Positions 48,004 through 58,054 of a stretch of 64,000 nucleotides of DNA are shown here, piece by piece. The stretch's first letter is position 1. Each line of letters begins with the position of its first letter. Position numbers and translations under genes: made by a program. Source of the DNA: an uncultured virus (IMG/VR IMGVR_UViG_3300021375_000010) (Duplodnaviria > Heunggongvirae > Uroviricota > Caudoviricetes); the IMG/VR virus record IMGVR_UViG_3300021375_000010; one strand, given 5' to 3'. The notes beneath the pieces were generated by a model. It did not search any database, was not told where the DNA came from, and was given only the letters and a program-made list of their open reading frames with translations.

Positions 48004-48772
48004 TTTAAATCCAAAGGTTGTTCATATTGATAAACCTTTTAAGATTCAAGACCTACCTTTACAAGATATCTATGTATTAGATGATTGGCTCAGTGTTGAT
48101 TTATTTCATCACTATGCAAATGTCCATCTAAGGACTTATAGTGAATGGTCTAAAACAAATGAAGTTCAGAGCGATAGTGCTACTGGATTCCCCCATCATA
48201 GTTTTTGGGGTGCAACTTACTTTAGAGGAGCATTTCAAGAGGATGGCAGACTAGGTAAAGGTAATTTGGTTCTTGAGAGAGGGTCAGACCCATTGAATGC
48301 CGTGTTTGCTAGATATATAGATAGCAGACTGAGAACTGAATTTGGATTTAAATGGGAGAAATTTCAATACATGGGATTGAACTCTCAAACACAAGGACTA
48401 GATGGGACAACACATTCTGATTGCGCTCAAGATGAAGATTGGAATATATCGTTCTTATATTATTGTAGCCCTGTATGGTATCCATCATGGGGTGGAGATT
48501 TGAGAATTTATGATACTATGCAATTTGGACTTGATGGGAGAGAAGACCACGTCAAGAATCACCAAGTTGCTTCTGTAGAATATAAACCAAATAGATTATT
48601 AATGTTTGATGGAAGAATACCACATGGTGCGGATGCACCTACATCAAAAGCACGATACATGGACAGACGTTCCATAGTATTAAGAGGTGATGAAGTATCA
48701 CTTACACATGAAGGAGAAGAATATCATGCCAATGATAGAATTTCACAGTTACAGCTCAGAGACCCTCGCTGA
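47993..48772 (+). CDS. 2OG-Fe(II) oxygenase (prolyl-hydroxylase-like)
   Basis: HSD motif, W..SWGGDL, YKPNRLLMFDG.IPH, R.SIV; probable TTG start after AAGGA (track start 47912). Confidence 0.82.
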   Translation: MAVNLNPKVVHIDKPFKIQDLPLQDIYVLDDWLSVDLFHHYANVHLRTYSEWSKTNEVQSDSATGFPHHSFWGATYFRGAFQEDGRLGKGNLVLERGSDPLNAVFARYIDSRLRTEFGFKWEKFQYMGLNSQTQGLDGTTHSDCAQDEDWNISFLYYCSPVWYPSWGGDLRIYDTMQFGLDGREDHVKNHQVASVEYKPNRLLMFDGRIPHGADAPTSKARYMDRRSIVLRGDEVSLTHEGEEYHANDRISQLQLRDPR

Positions 48773-49637
48773 TTTTAAACCAGTATTAGCAAAGAGTATT
48801 TTACCCGAGTGGTGGAAGAAAACTAAGGTAGCGGAGTTTACTCAAGCCAGAACACAACAAACTATTCGTGCTTGTCCAGCAATGGATGATTGGTTAAAGA
48901 GCGGATGGATTATTGTTGCTAATAGAGACATTCATGTTATAAATGGTGATAGTATCACAGATAGTGGTACCAATAAAGTATTTACTTGGGATGGTAAAGA
49001 TGCTGGAACCCATTCAATGTCTCATCCTAAAGAACAAGTTAGAGAATCTTTTGAATACTATGGTAGCGGTGACGGTAAAGCTCCTATAAAAGATGCATTT
49101 AAATTTAGAAATCCGTGGAACATAAAAACTCCGCCAGGCTATTCATGCTTCTACTTAGACCCATTCTTATTTCAGAATAAATACTTTGCATGTTGGCAGG
49201 GTATTATTGATACTGATACATTTAATGTTGGTCTAGACAATGCACAGATAATTTTTTATCCTAAAGTCGACCATTCATTTGTTATACCAAAAGGAACCCC
49301 TCTTTGTCAGATTATACCGTTTAAGAGAGAAGAGTGGCATGCTTCATTTGAAATAAAATCACATGAACACTGGCAAGAAACTAAAGGAAGAGGGTATAAG
49401 ATAGACCCACATGACAGTTCTACTGAGACGGTTTTATCAATGCAAGAATGGGGTCATAAAGCGCCATTTGAAGGGAAGGATGGCATTAGAGATTTGGGCC
49501 CGTATAGAAATAAAGGTTATTGGGTGCCTAAAGCTAGACTATTTAAAAATGATAATCCCCCACCCGAATGCCCTATGCACATAAGTGAAGAACAAGAACC
49601 TACTGAGGTTCAACTGGAGTTAGACTTTAATGATTAG
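48726..49637 (+). CDS. Conserved phage protein (ACPAM...PW.IKTPPGYS family, possibly dUTPase-like fold)
   Basis: TIRACPAMDD..GW; FKFRNPWNIKTPPGYSC; GIIDTD; KGTPLCQIIPFKRE. Confidence 0.7.
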   Translation: MPMIEFHSYSSETLADFKPVLAKSILPEWWKKTKVAEFTQARTQQTIRACPAMDDWLKSGWIIVANRDIHVINGDSITDSGTNKVFTWDGKDAGTHSMSHPKEQVRESFEYYGSGDGKAPIKDAFKFRNPWNIKTPPGYSCFYLDPFLFQNKYFACWQGIIDTDTFNVGLDNAQIIFYPKVDHSFVIPKGTPLCQIIPFKREEWHASFEIKSHEHWQETKGRGYKIDPHDSSTETVLSMQEWGHKAPFEGKDGIRDLGPYRNKGYWVPKARLFKNDNPPPECPMHISEEQEPTEVQLELDFND

Positions 49638-50373
49638 ATATTTATTCCCAACCGTTATCTTTCAAAGAAACATGACATGTCCGACACAGATGGGGGATGA
49701 CCTCGTTCTAGATGATGAATACATGAAGATGCTGAAAGATGAGATGGATGCTATGCGTAGACGTGATGGTGTTGGTAGACAAGTTTCAAATGCTTATACT
49801 GGATGGCAGTCTAACGATGGTGTAGACAATAATCCAACGTTCCAAAAATTGATGAATCGAATTAGTACAGTATTCTACCAAGAGGTTTGGAATTACTTTG
49901 GGATTGACCCAACAAAAACAGCATTTCAAATGGGTAACTGTTGGGCAAATATAAATGATAAAACTGCATGGAACAGACCACACTTACATAATGGTTGTTG
50001 GTATAGTGGCGTCTTCTATATCCATGCTGATGGTGACGAAGGAGATTTTGTTGCTATTAATACAGACCCTAAAGTTGTTTCTGATATGCCAAACTCCAAT
50101 AGACACCAAGAGTCATGGGACTTCAAACCAAGAACAGGGGAATTGATTTTATTCCCTAGTGGTATGATGCATATGGTAGCACCAAACTTGACAGACAAAG
50201 ACAGATATTCAATATCATTCAACTCAGCATTTCAAATTAAAGACTATGATGCTTATAGAAATAATTTCGCTACAGGTTGGCATCCCGATGAGAATACATT
50301 CGGTTTAGATGAAAATGGTATGTTACAAAAGTATCAATATGAACCTATTGACTGGGAAAAAGAGCAGGGTTGA
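49630..50373 (+). CDS. Putative 2OG-Fe(II) oxygenase (TIGR02466-like)
   Basis: LFPT; WANIN..N.PHLH..SGVFYI; GELILFPS..HMV.PN....RYSISFN. Confidence 0.85.
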   Translation: MIRYLFPTVIFQRNMTCPTQMGDDLVLDDEYMKMLKDEMDAMRRRDGVGRQVSNAYTGWQSNDGVDNNPTFQKLMNRISTVFYQEVWNYFGIDPTKTAFQMGNCWANINDKTAWNRPHLHNGCWYSGVFYIHADGDEGDFVAINTDPKVVSDMPNSNRHQESWDFKPRTGELILFPSGMMHMVAPNLTDKDRYSISFNSAFQIKDYDAYRNNFATGWHPDENTFGLDENGMLQKYQYEPIDWEKEQG

Positions 50374-50398
50374 CAGGCATACTTTCCTAAATAACTGT

Positions 50399-50659
50399 AT
50401 GGAAATTGCTATCTCGCCAGGCGTACTTTGGAATATATTTCTAACACTTTTTGTCCTACCTATGGGATTTCTTGTTAGAACACTCTTATCCGAACAAAAA
50501 CGTATAGACATTTTGGTTAATAAAACTAGGGAAGAAATAGCCCGTGAATATGTCACAAGAGACCAAATAGAAACAGAGTTTCAGAGAATTATCGACAAGA
50601 TGGATAAACTAGATTCTAAACTAGATAGAGTAGTTTCTAAAACTTACTTCCAAGAATAG
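50399..50659 (+). CDS. Small membrane-anchored coiled-coil protein
   Basis: LWNIFLTLFVLPMGFLV TM segment; TREEIAREYVT; CTAAATA promoter-like box upstream. Confidence 0.7.
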   Translation: MEIAISPGVLWNIFLTLFVLPMGFLVRTLLSEQKRIDILVNKTREEIAREYVTRDQIETEFQRIIDKMDKLDSKLDRVVSKTYFQE

Positions 50660-50671
50660 GTTCTCAACTGT

Positions 50672-50679
50672 TATAAATA
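50672..50679 (+). promoter_or_regulatory. Late promoter TATAAATA
   Basis: Exact consensus upstream of gp13. Confidence 0.7.
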
Positions 50680-50710
50680 GTAGTAGACACAAATACTACG
50701 GATTTAAAAC

Positions 50711-51526
50711 ATGGCAGAACCAAATTCAAAAGCATCTTTAAAAGAGTATATAAAAAGAAAACTCGGAGCTCCTGTACTAGAGGTTAACGTTGATGATGAC
50801 CAATTCGATGATAGAATCGATGAGGGTCTTCAGTATTTCAGAGAGTACCATTACGATGGTGCAGTTAAAACATATCTAAAACACCAACTAACCCAATCAG
50901 ATATTGACTCATTTAAAACGAATGCAACACATAACGCAGCTACAACTGGTACACAAGCTGTATCAAATCAGACGTACTTAGAGAGTAATAGTTACATCAC
51001 ACTACCCGAACATGTGTTAAGTGTAATACAAGTATTTCCATTCAGTTCAGGCACAACATCGAGTATGTTTGATATCCAGTATCAGTTAAGACTCAATGAT
51101 TTATGGGATTTAACATCAACTAGTGTTTTATACTATGCTCAAGTACAGTCGCATCTATCTATGATGAATGATATTCTAGTTGGACAAGTTCCAATCAGAT
51201 ACAAGTCACACTCAAATAGATTGTATCTAGACTACAGTGTTGAGAAATTTAACGTAGGTGAGTACATTATCATCGAGTGTTATAGAAAGTTAGACCCAAC
51301 AGATATGACTGATATCTATAACGATATGTGGTTGAAAAAGTATTGTACCGCTTTAGTTAAGTATCAGTGGGGTGAAAATTTATCTAAGTTCTCAGGTATT
51401 CAACTTCCAGGCGGAGTCACACTAGACGCTACTCAGATGAAAACTGAAGCGCAAGAAGAAATTACAAGATTAGAAGAAGAGTCGAGACTGAATTTTGAAA
51501 TGCCAGTTCTCGATATGATGGGATAA
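50711..51526 (+). CDS. gp13: Neck protein gp13
   Basis: LKEYI.RKLGAPVLEVNV; WLKKY..ALVKYQWG.NLSKF.G.QLPGG. Confidence 0.93.
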   Translation: MAEPNSKASLKEYIKRKLGAPVLEVNVDDDQFDDRIDEGLQYFREYHYDGAVKTYLKHQLTQSDIDSFKTNATHNAATTGTQAVSNQTYLESNSYITLPEHVLSVIQVFPFSSGTTSSMFDIQYQLRLNDLWDLTSTSVLYYAQVQSHLSMMNDILVGQVPIRYKSHSNRLYLDYSVEKFNVGEYIIIECYRKLDPTDMTDIYNDMWLKKYCTALVKYQWGENLSKFSGIQLPGGVTLDATQMKTEAQEEITRLEEESRLNFEMPVLDMMG

Positions 51527-51529
51527 TAT

Positions 51530-52384
51530 ATGCCAACAAACGTATTTTTTAACCATGCAGTACAGACTGAACAACACCTATACGAAGATTTGGTTGTTGA
51601 GTCATTACGTATGTATGGTAATGAGACGTACTATCTACCAAGAGAAATTGTAGAGGAAGACGCTATACTTGGTGAAGATGTACAGTCTAAATTTGGAGAT
51701 GCATATTCTGTAGAAATGTATTTAGAAAATACAGAAGGATATGAGGGAGAAGGAGACCTTATGTCCAAGTTTGGTATACAAGTAAGAGACCAAGCAACCT
51801 TTGTTCTTTCTTTAAGAACGTGGGAAAGATTTATATCACTAGACTCTAACCTTGCAACATCATTAAGACCAAACGAAGGAGACTTGATTTACTTCCCACT
51901 TAGTGGTTCTATGTTTGAAATCAAATTTGTAGAACACGAAAATCCTTTCTATCAAGTTGGAAAACTATTTGTATTTAAATTACAATGTGAACTCTTTGAA
52001 TACAGTGGAGAAGATTTTGATGTTGGTGGTGCTGTCGACTTAATTGAAACTGAAAACGCCTACACAATAGATATGATTCTACAAGCAGATGGTACTGGAA
52101 ACTACACACGTGGTGAGAATGTTACCCTTGGTGGTGCAGTTGTGGGTGAAGTTGTTGGTTGGGTTCCTACCACTAGAGAACTGAATATCAAAGATAACAC
52201 TACAGCGATTGCTGTTGGTAATACACTCATAGGTGTAGACTCAGGAGCAGAATATATTGTTTATAGTATTGAAGATGTTTTAAACTTCTCTTATGATAAG
52301 TCTGCACAAAACAAAGACTTTGAAACAAAAGCAGATGGATACTTAGACTTCTCAGAGACAAACCCATTCGGTGAGGTTACATAA
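51530..52384 (+). CDS. gp14: Neck protein gp14
   Basis: EQ.LYEDLVVES; RPNEGDLIYFP..FEIKFVEHE.PFYQ.GK; NPFGE. Confidence 0.93.
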   Translation: MPTNVFFNHAVQTEQHLYEDLVVESLRMYGNETYYLPREIVEEDAILGEDVQSKFGDAYSVEMYLENTEGYEGEGDLMSKFGIQVRDQATFVLSLRTWERFISLDSNLATSLRPNEGDLIYFPLSGSMFEIKFVEHENPFYQVGKLFVFKLQCELFEYSGEDFDVGGAVDLIETENAYTIDMILQADGTGNYTRGENVTLGGAVVGEVVGWVPTTRELNIKDNTTAIAVGNTLIGVDSGAEYIVYSIEDVLNFSYDKSAQNKDFETKADGYLDFSETNPFGEVT

Positions 52385-53442
52385 TGTTTGGAACATTTTT
52401 TTATAATGAGACAATGAAGCGAGCGGTGTCAATCTTTGGTACCGTATTTAATAACATAACAGTCAAGAAAATAAAAGAAGACGGAACTGTATTACATGAA
52501 CAGAAGGTTCCAATTTCATATGGGCCAAAACAAAAGTTCCTCGCCAGACTACAACAAGAAGCAGACTTAAGTGATAACAATAGAAGTGCGATATCTTTAC
52601 CAAGACTTGCATTCGAACTTACAGGGTTTGAGTATGATGCTACTAGACAACAAAATAAACTATTACGTCACAGTAAATCGCAACTAGAAACTAGTGATGG
52701 TAATAAGAGAGGATATCAATACCAACCAGCTCCGTACAACTTGAACTTTACTTTGAATGTTCTTGCAAAGAATATGAATGATGCTCTACAGATTGTAGAA
52801 CAAATCTTACCATACTTTCAACCCGAGTATACAGTTACAATGAAGATGGTAGATTCTATGTCAGACATTAGAGACGTACCAATTCAATTAACTAGTGTTA
52901 ATATGGAAGACACATACGAAGGTGATTTCACTGAAAGACGTGTCATATCTTATGCACTAGAATTCACTATGAAGTTATACTTCTTTGGGCCTGTGTATAC
53001 TGGAGATGTTATTAAGAGTGTTGTCGAAAGAGATTATATAAATCAAACAAGTGGTACATTTACTACAACACAAATTGATGGTGCTGGTCTTGTTAAAGAG
53101 GTCAAGCACTATGAACCAGCATTCGCTGAGATTGTTAGTGCTGCAAATGATGGCACTTCGACAACATATACCTTTGCGAATGCAATAAATAGTAAGATAA
53201 GTGTTGGGGATGAAGTATTTGGTTTCAGAGGCGCATTTGGAAATGTGGTTGTGGCCACAATTTCTGATGACAGACGTACAATAACTACTAACGAAGCAAA
53301 TGCTATTTCGGAAGGAGAAACACTAAAGTTTGTTGGGTCGGTACAACCAAATGATACATTTGTTGTTGCTGAAAATGTTACATTTTATGATGACGGAACA
53401 ATCAGTACATTTGCTGATGATAAGGTTACCGATGCGAGTTAA
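52384..53442 (+). CDS. gp15: Tail terminator / sheath stabiliser gp15
   Basis: FGTVFNNI..KVPISYGPKQKFLARL; LPRLAFE; QIVEQILPYFQP. Confidence 0.93.
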   Translation: MFGTFFYNETMKRAVSIFGTVFNNITVKKIKEDGTVLHEQKVPISYGPKQKFLARLQQEADLSDNNRSAISLPRLAFELTGFEYDATRQQNKLLRHSKSQLETSDGNKRGYQYQPAPYNLNFTLNVLAKNMNDALQIVEQILPYFQPEYTVTMKMVDSMSDIRDVPIQLTSVNMEDTYEGDFTERRVISYALEFTMKLYFFGPVYTGDVIKSVVERDYINQTSGTFTTTQIDGAGLVKEVKHYEPAFAEIVSAANDGTSTTYTFANAINSKISVGDEVFGFRGAFGNVVVATISDDRRTITTNEANAISEGETLKFVGSVQPNDTFVVAENVTFYDDGTISTFADDKVTDAS

Positions 53443-53444
53443 TT

Positions 53445-53864
53445 ATGGCAAAAGATATAGATTCTAAATTAGACGAAGTTCTAGATATAACTTCGGATAT
53501 TCAAATACAGACTGGAGAGATTGTCAAATCTGTTCCAACAGATGACAAACGTTCTAAAAATATAGAAACCGATTACAAATACACTAGAGAGAATCTCTAT
53601 GGTCTCGTTGAGCGAGGACAGGATGCAATTGACGGCATCTTAGATGTATGTAAGGAGACAGAAAACCCACGTGCATATGAAGTTGCTGGTCAGTTAATTA
53701 AAACTGTAGGAGAAACCGCTGAGAAATTACTAGATGTTCAAACCAAATTAAAGAAGTTAGAGGGCGAAGACCAACAGAGAATAGGGAAACAAGAGAATCA
53801 TTTATATGTTGGTTCTACTTCCGAACTACAGAAGTTTCTGAAGAAAAATAAGAATGACAGTTAA
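53445..53864 (+). CDS. gp16: Terminase small subunit gp16
   Basis: DYKYTRENL; PRAYEVAGQLIK; YVGSTSELQK. Confidence 0.93.
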   Translation: MAKDIDSKLDEVLDITSDIQIQTGEIVKSVPTDDKRSKNIETDYKYTRENLYGLVERGQDAIDGILDVCKETENPRAYEVAGQLIKTVGETAEKLLDVQTKLKKLEGEDQQRIGKQENHLYVGSTSELQKFLKKNKNDS

Positions 53865-55452
53865 TAAGAATGAAGGTTACTTAGGTAACAGCATGATTAA
53901 ACGTGCTGGTATCGAACACCAGTACACTACAGATGAAATGGCTGAATATTTAAAGTGTTCTGAGAACCCATGTCATTTCATTGAAAACTACACACAGATT
54001 ATATCACTAGATGAAGGTATGGTACCCTTTAAACTTCGTGGTTATCAAGATAAACTTATTGAACACTATGATGCAAATCGTTTCAATGTAGTCCTTGCAT
54101 CACGTCAGAGTGGTAAATCAATTACTTCGTGTGCATACTTGTTGTGGTTTCTGTTATTTAAACCCGAAGTAACAGTAGCGGTTCTTGCTAACAAAGGTGC
54201 AATTTCTAGAGAGATGATTGCACGTATTGTAACCATGTTAGAGTCTGTTCCGTTCTTCTTGCAGCCTGGTGTAAAGATTCTCAACAAAGGTTCAATAGAG
54301 TTTGCAAACGATAGTAAGATTGTAGCAGCTGCAACGTCATCATCATCCATTCGTGGATTGTCAATTAACCTACTATACCTAGATGAGTTTGCATTCGTAG
54401 ACGATGCAGAGACATTCTATACTGCAACATATCCCGTTGTGACCTCGGGTAAGGATTCAAAGGTTATTATCACATCTACTGCAAATGGTGTGGGTAATAT
54501 GTTCCACAAGATATACGAATCTGCAATACATGAACAATCTGAGTATAAATCATTCACAATCAACTGGTATGATGTGCCAGGCAGAGACGAAGAATGGAAG
54601 AAAGAAACTATTGCAAACACTTCAGAAGCACAATTCGAACAAGAGTACGGTAACAGTTTCTTAGGAACAGGTAATACACTTATCAATTCTAATACACTAC
54701 TAGGTCTAAAAGCATGGGATGCTGAGTGGTACAAGGATGGTTTTAGTGTGTATCAAAAACCTGTTGAAGACCACACCTATATATGTACAGTAGATGTTGC
54801 AAAAGGCAGAGGAATGGATTTCTCTACCATGACTATATTTGATGTGAGTACAGACCCATTCACACAAGTTGCAACGTATCGGGATAGTATGATATCACCT
54901 ATGTTATTTCCCGATATTATAAATAAGTATGCAACAGCATACAACACTGCATTAGTTATAATAGAAAACAATGCAGAAGGGTCTATGGTAGCAAGTCAGT
55001 TACACTATGATATAGAATACGACAATGTATTCACACAGGGGATGACTAAAGCTGAAGATATTGGTGTTACCATGACCAAAAAAATTAAAAGAATCGGATG
55101 TTCTACACTAAAAGAGATATTAGAGGAGAACCGATTAAATTTGATTGACAGAAGCACGATTACCGAGCTTATGACTTTCATAAATAAAGGGATGTCTTTT
55201 GAAGCAGATAGAGGATATCACGATGATATGGTTATGAATTGCGTATTATTTTCTTGGTTTATTACAACTGATTATTTTACTCACCTCACAAACCATCAAG
55301 TTAAAAATCTCTTATACTCAGAGCAACAAAGAGTCATTGAAGATGATATGTTACCAGCTGGAATATTTGGGGGTGACCCATATACAGAGGGCAGTTTTGT
55401 AGATGAGGGTGGAGATAGATGGTTCTTTGAAGCCGAAAGGAACAATCCTTAA
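53854..55452 (+). CDS. gp17: Terminase large subunit gp17
   Basis: SRQSGKS Walker A; LYLDEFAF Walker B; VDVAKGRG.D; HDDMVM. Confidence 0.97.
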   Translation: MTVNKNEGYLGNSMIKRAGIEHQYTTDEMAEYLKCSENPCHFIENYTQIISLDEGMVPFKLRGYQDKLIEHYDANRFNVVLASRQSGKSITSCAYLLWFLLFKPEVTVAVLANKGAISREMIARIVTMLESVPFFLQPGVKILNKGSIEFANDSKIVAAATSSSSIRGLSINLLYLDEFAFVDDAETFYTATYPVVTSGKDSKVIITSTANGVGNMFHKIYESAIHEQSEYKSFTINWYDVPGRDEEWKKETIANTSEAQFEQEYGNSFLGTGNTLINSNTLLGLKAWDAEWYKDGFSVYQKPVEDHTYICTVDVAKGRGMDFSTMTIFDVSTDPFTQVATYRDSMISPMLFPDIINKYATAYNTALVIIENNAEGSMVASQLHYDIEYDNVFTQGMTKAEDIGVTMTKKIKRIGCSTLKEILEENRLNLIDRSTITELMTFINKGMSFEADRGYHDDMVMNCVLFSWFITTDYFTHLTNHQVKNLLYSEQQRVIEDDMLPAGIFGGDPYTEGSFVDEGGDRWFFEAERNNP

Positions 55453-55474
55453 GAATTCTTAGAATCTTTAAAGT

Positions 55475-55482
55475 TATAAATA
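55475..55482 (+). promoter_or_regulatory. Late promoter TATAAATA
   Basis: Exact consensus upstream of gp18. Confidence 0.7.
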
Positions 55483-55524
55483 TATCAAGTAAAACAAAAC
55501 TTTTTACATTAACAGGAGAAAAGT

Positions 55525-57498
55525 ATGGCATTTCAAGTATCACCAGGCGTACAGGTCAAGGAAGTTGACCTTACAAATGTTGTGCCCGCAGTATCATCTA
55601 CAGTAGGTGCATACGCTGGTTCATTTCAATGGGGCCCTGTTGATGAAGTAGTAACAGTTTCAGACTCAAACGGTTTAATAGAATCTTTCTTCACACCTGC
55701 TAACACAGATGCTGGTGCAGAAGATTTCTATACTGCTGAGTCATTTCTGAAATATGGTTCATCACTAAGAGTAGTTAGGATTAATACCACAGGTATGTCT
55801 AACGCAAACGCTGCCAATACGGCAAGTAAACTTCTGAAAGGTTCAGAAGACTATGCATCAACATATGAAGGTGGTGCAGGCGGTGTTGGTTCATTTATTG
55901 CTAGGTGCCCAGGCGCTTTAGGTAATAATATAGACGTACACGTATGTGCAACAAGTGATGCATATTTCAAAGGTTCTGCATCTCTCGTAGATAATGTCAG
56001 TGGTTACGCCGCCGGCGCTACTGTGGTTGCTGTAGACGCTGGAGCTAATTTCCTAGTCAGAGACATTATTACTTTCTCAGGTCACTCAACACAATACAGA
56101 ATTACCGCAATCAACACTAACGCTTTAACTATCGAATCAATCGGACAACCAGTTAAAGGTGGTCTAACAACTGCAATTGCAGATAACATTGCAGTCGATA
56201 GATATTGGGAACACTACGCTTTATTTGATAAAGCACCAGGCTCATCAGCTGCTGCCGTTAACGGTGGTATTGCGAATGATGAGATGCACGTAGTTGTTGT
56301 CGACAGAACAGGCGTAATCACAGGAACACCACAGACAGTATTAGAAACATACGGTTTCGTGTCTAAGTGTTCAGATGCTAAAGATTCAGGCGGTCAATTA
56401 AACTATTACAGAAACGTAATCGCACAAAAATCAGATTGGATTTGGTGGTCAGGTCACGGAACTTCACACGCAGCTGCAAGTACACACTACACTATTGCAG
56501 ATATTGCTGGTGGTTCTGCTTTCCCAACACCTGCTTTACCAGTAAAATCAGTTCTTTCAAACGGAAACGATGGTAGTTTACCTACTGCTGGACAAAAGAG
56601 TGCTGCTTACACTGATAACTTCAGTGATGCAGATTCAATAGATGTTTCATTCATGATAGTAGGTTCAACAAGAACACAAGGTTCAGATTCAGTTACAGAC
56701 CATAATACAATCGTCAATCAGTTAATTCTTGATTGTGAATTGAGAAAAGATTGTATGGTCATTGCATCACCTAGAAGAACTTCAGTAGTTAACGTTTCTT
56801 CAGAATCATTACAAACAACTAACGTTCTTGCTGATTTCGCTTCAGTAACATCTTCATCATATGCTTCATTCGACAGTGGATGGGTATACCAGTATGATAG
56901 ATTCAACGACAGATATGTATGGGTGCCAGGCAACGGACATACAACAGGTATTATGGTAAGGTCAGACTTACTAAGAGACCCATGGTTCTCACCTGCTGGA
57001 TTCTCAAGAGGTCAATACTTAGGTATTACTAAACTTGCTTACAACCCTAAAAAGGCATCTAGAGATGACCTTTATAGACAAAGAGTTAACCCGATTGTAA
57101 CTTTTGCTGGACAAGGAACCGTATTATTCGGTGACAAGACTGCTTTAAGTTCGCCTTCTGCATTCGATAGAATCAACGTAAGAAGATTGTTTATCATATT
57201 AGAAAAGGCAATCGCAATTGCTGCTAAGTCTCAGTTGTTCGAATTCAACGATGCATTTACACGTGCTCAGTTTAGGGCTGCGGTAGAACCATTCTTAAGA
57301 GACGTTAAAAATAGACGTGGTCTAACAGACTTCTCAGTAGTTTGTGACGAATCAAATAACACAGACACAGTAATTGACAGAAATGAATTTGTATGTTCTA
57401 TATTTGTCAAACCTGCTAGGTCGATTAACTTTATTACTCTCAACTTTGTTGCTGCCAGAAGTGGTGTCGACTTTGAAGAGATTTACAGTGCAGTTTAA
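55525..57498 (+). CDS. gp18: Tail sheath protein gp18
   Basis: SPGVQVKEVDLT; PWFSPAG..RG; FDRINVRRLF. Confidence 0.97.
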   Translation: MAFQVSPGVQVKEVDLTNVVPAVSSTVGAYAGSFQWGPVDEVVTVSDSNGLIESFFTPANTDAGAEDFYTAESFLKYGSSLRVVRINTTGMSNANAANTASKLLKGSEDYASTYEGGAGGVGSFIARCPGALGNNIDVHVCATSDAYFKGSASLVDNVSGYAAGATVVAVDAGANFLVRDIITFSGHSTQYRITAINTNALTIESIGQPVKGGLTTAIADNIAVDRYWEHYALFDKAPGSSAAAVNGGIANDEMHVVVVDRTGVITGTPQTVLETYGFVSKCSDAKDSGGQLNYYRNVIAQKSDWIWWSGHGTSHAAASTHYTIADIAGGSAFPTPALPVKSVLSNGNDGSLPTAGQKSAAYTDNFSDADSIDVSFMIVGSTRTQGSDSVTDHNTIVNQLILDCELRKDCMVIASPRRTSVVNVSSESLQTTNVLADFASVTSSSYASFDSGWVYQYDRFNDRYVWVPGNGHTTGIMVRSDLLRDPWFSPAGFSRGQYLGITKLAYNPKKASRDDLYRQRVNPIVTFAGQGTVLFGDKTALSSPSAFDRINVRRLFIILEKAIAIAAKSQLFEFNDAFTRAQFRAAVEPFLRDVKNRRGLTDFSVVCDESNNTDTVIDRNEFVCSIFVKPARSINFITLNFVAARSGVDFEEIYSAV

Positions 57499-57511
57499 TA
57501 GGAGTATATAA

Positions 57512-58009
57512 ATGGCAACAATAGACCAATTTAAAGCAAACCTAATCGGCGGTGGCCCAAGAGCTAACCGATTTAGAGTGTTTGTACCTCGTGCTGGTCA
57601 GAGATTAGAATTCTTGTGTACCGCAACTAAAATACCTGAGAGTACAATTAATACTATTAGTGTACCTTTCAGAGGTCAAAATTTGAAACTTGCTGGTGAT
57701 AGAACATTCGCTGACTGGTCAATTACGGTTATCAATGACCTAGACTTTTCAACAAGAACTGCTCTCGAAGCATGGTCAAATGACATTGCATCTTTATCAA
57801 CAACAGAAGCTGCAACTGATACAGACTACTTGCTATCACGTGCATTTGTAGAACAATTACACAAAGATGACTCCGTCCTTGCGAGATATGAATTCTTCAA
57901 CATGTTCCCAACATCAATCGGTGAAATTGCACTATCAAGTGCAGAAGCATCTGAAGTTGAGACATTTGAGGTAGGATTCACTTATTCTCACTGGGAAAGA
58001 GTTCTTTAA
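57512..58009 (+). CDS. gp19: Tail tube protein gp19
   Basis: GGPRANRF; PFRG..LKLAGDRTFADWSITV.ND. Confidence 0.93.
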   Translation: MATIDQFKANLIGGGPRANRFRVFVPRAGQRLEFLCTATKIPESTINTISVPFRGQNLKLAGDRTFADWSITVINDLDFSTRTALEAWSNDIASLSTTEAATDTDYLLSRAFVEQLHKDDSVLARYEFFNMFPTSIGEIALSSAEASEVETFEVGFTYSHWERVL

Positions 58010-58041
58010 TAAAACAGTGAAAAACTACCACATATTGGTGG

Positions 58042-58049
58042 TATAAATA
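58042..58049 (+). promoter_or_regulatory. Late promoter TATAAATA
   Basis: Exact consensus upstream of gp20. Confidence 0.65.
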
Positions 58050-58054
58050 TTAGT

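Noticed and set aside
47912..50398. Longest-ORF starts from the track (47912, 48687, 50309; also 112, 808, 28708, 59727, 63397)
   Set aside because: They overlap upstream genes or terminators; downstream starts with SD or stop-start coupling fit better
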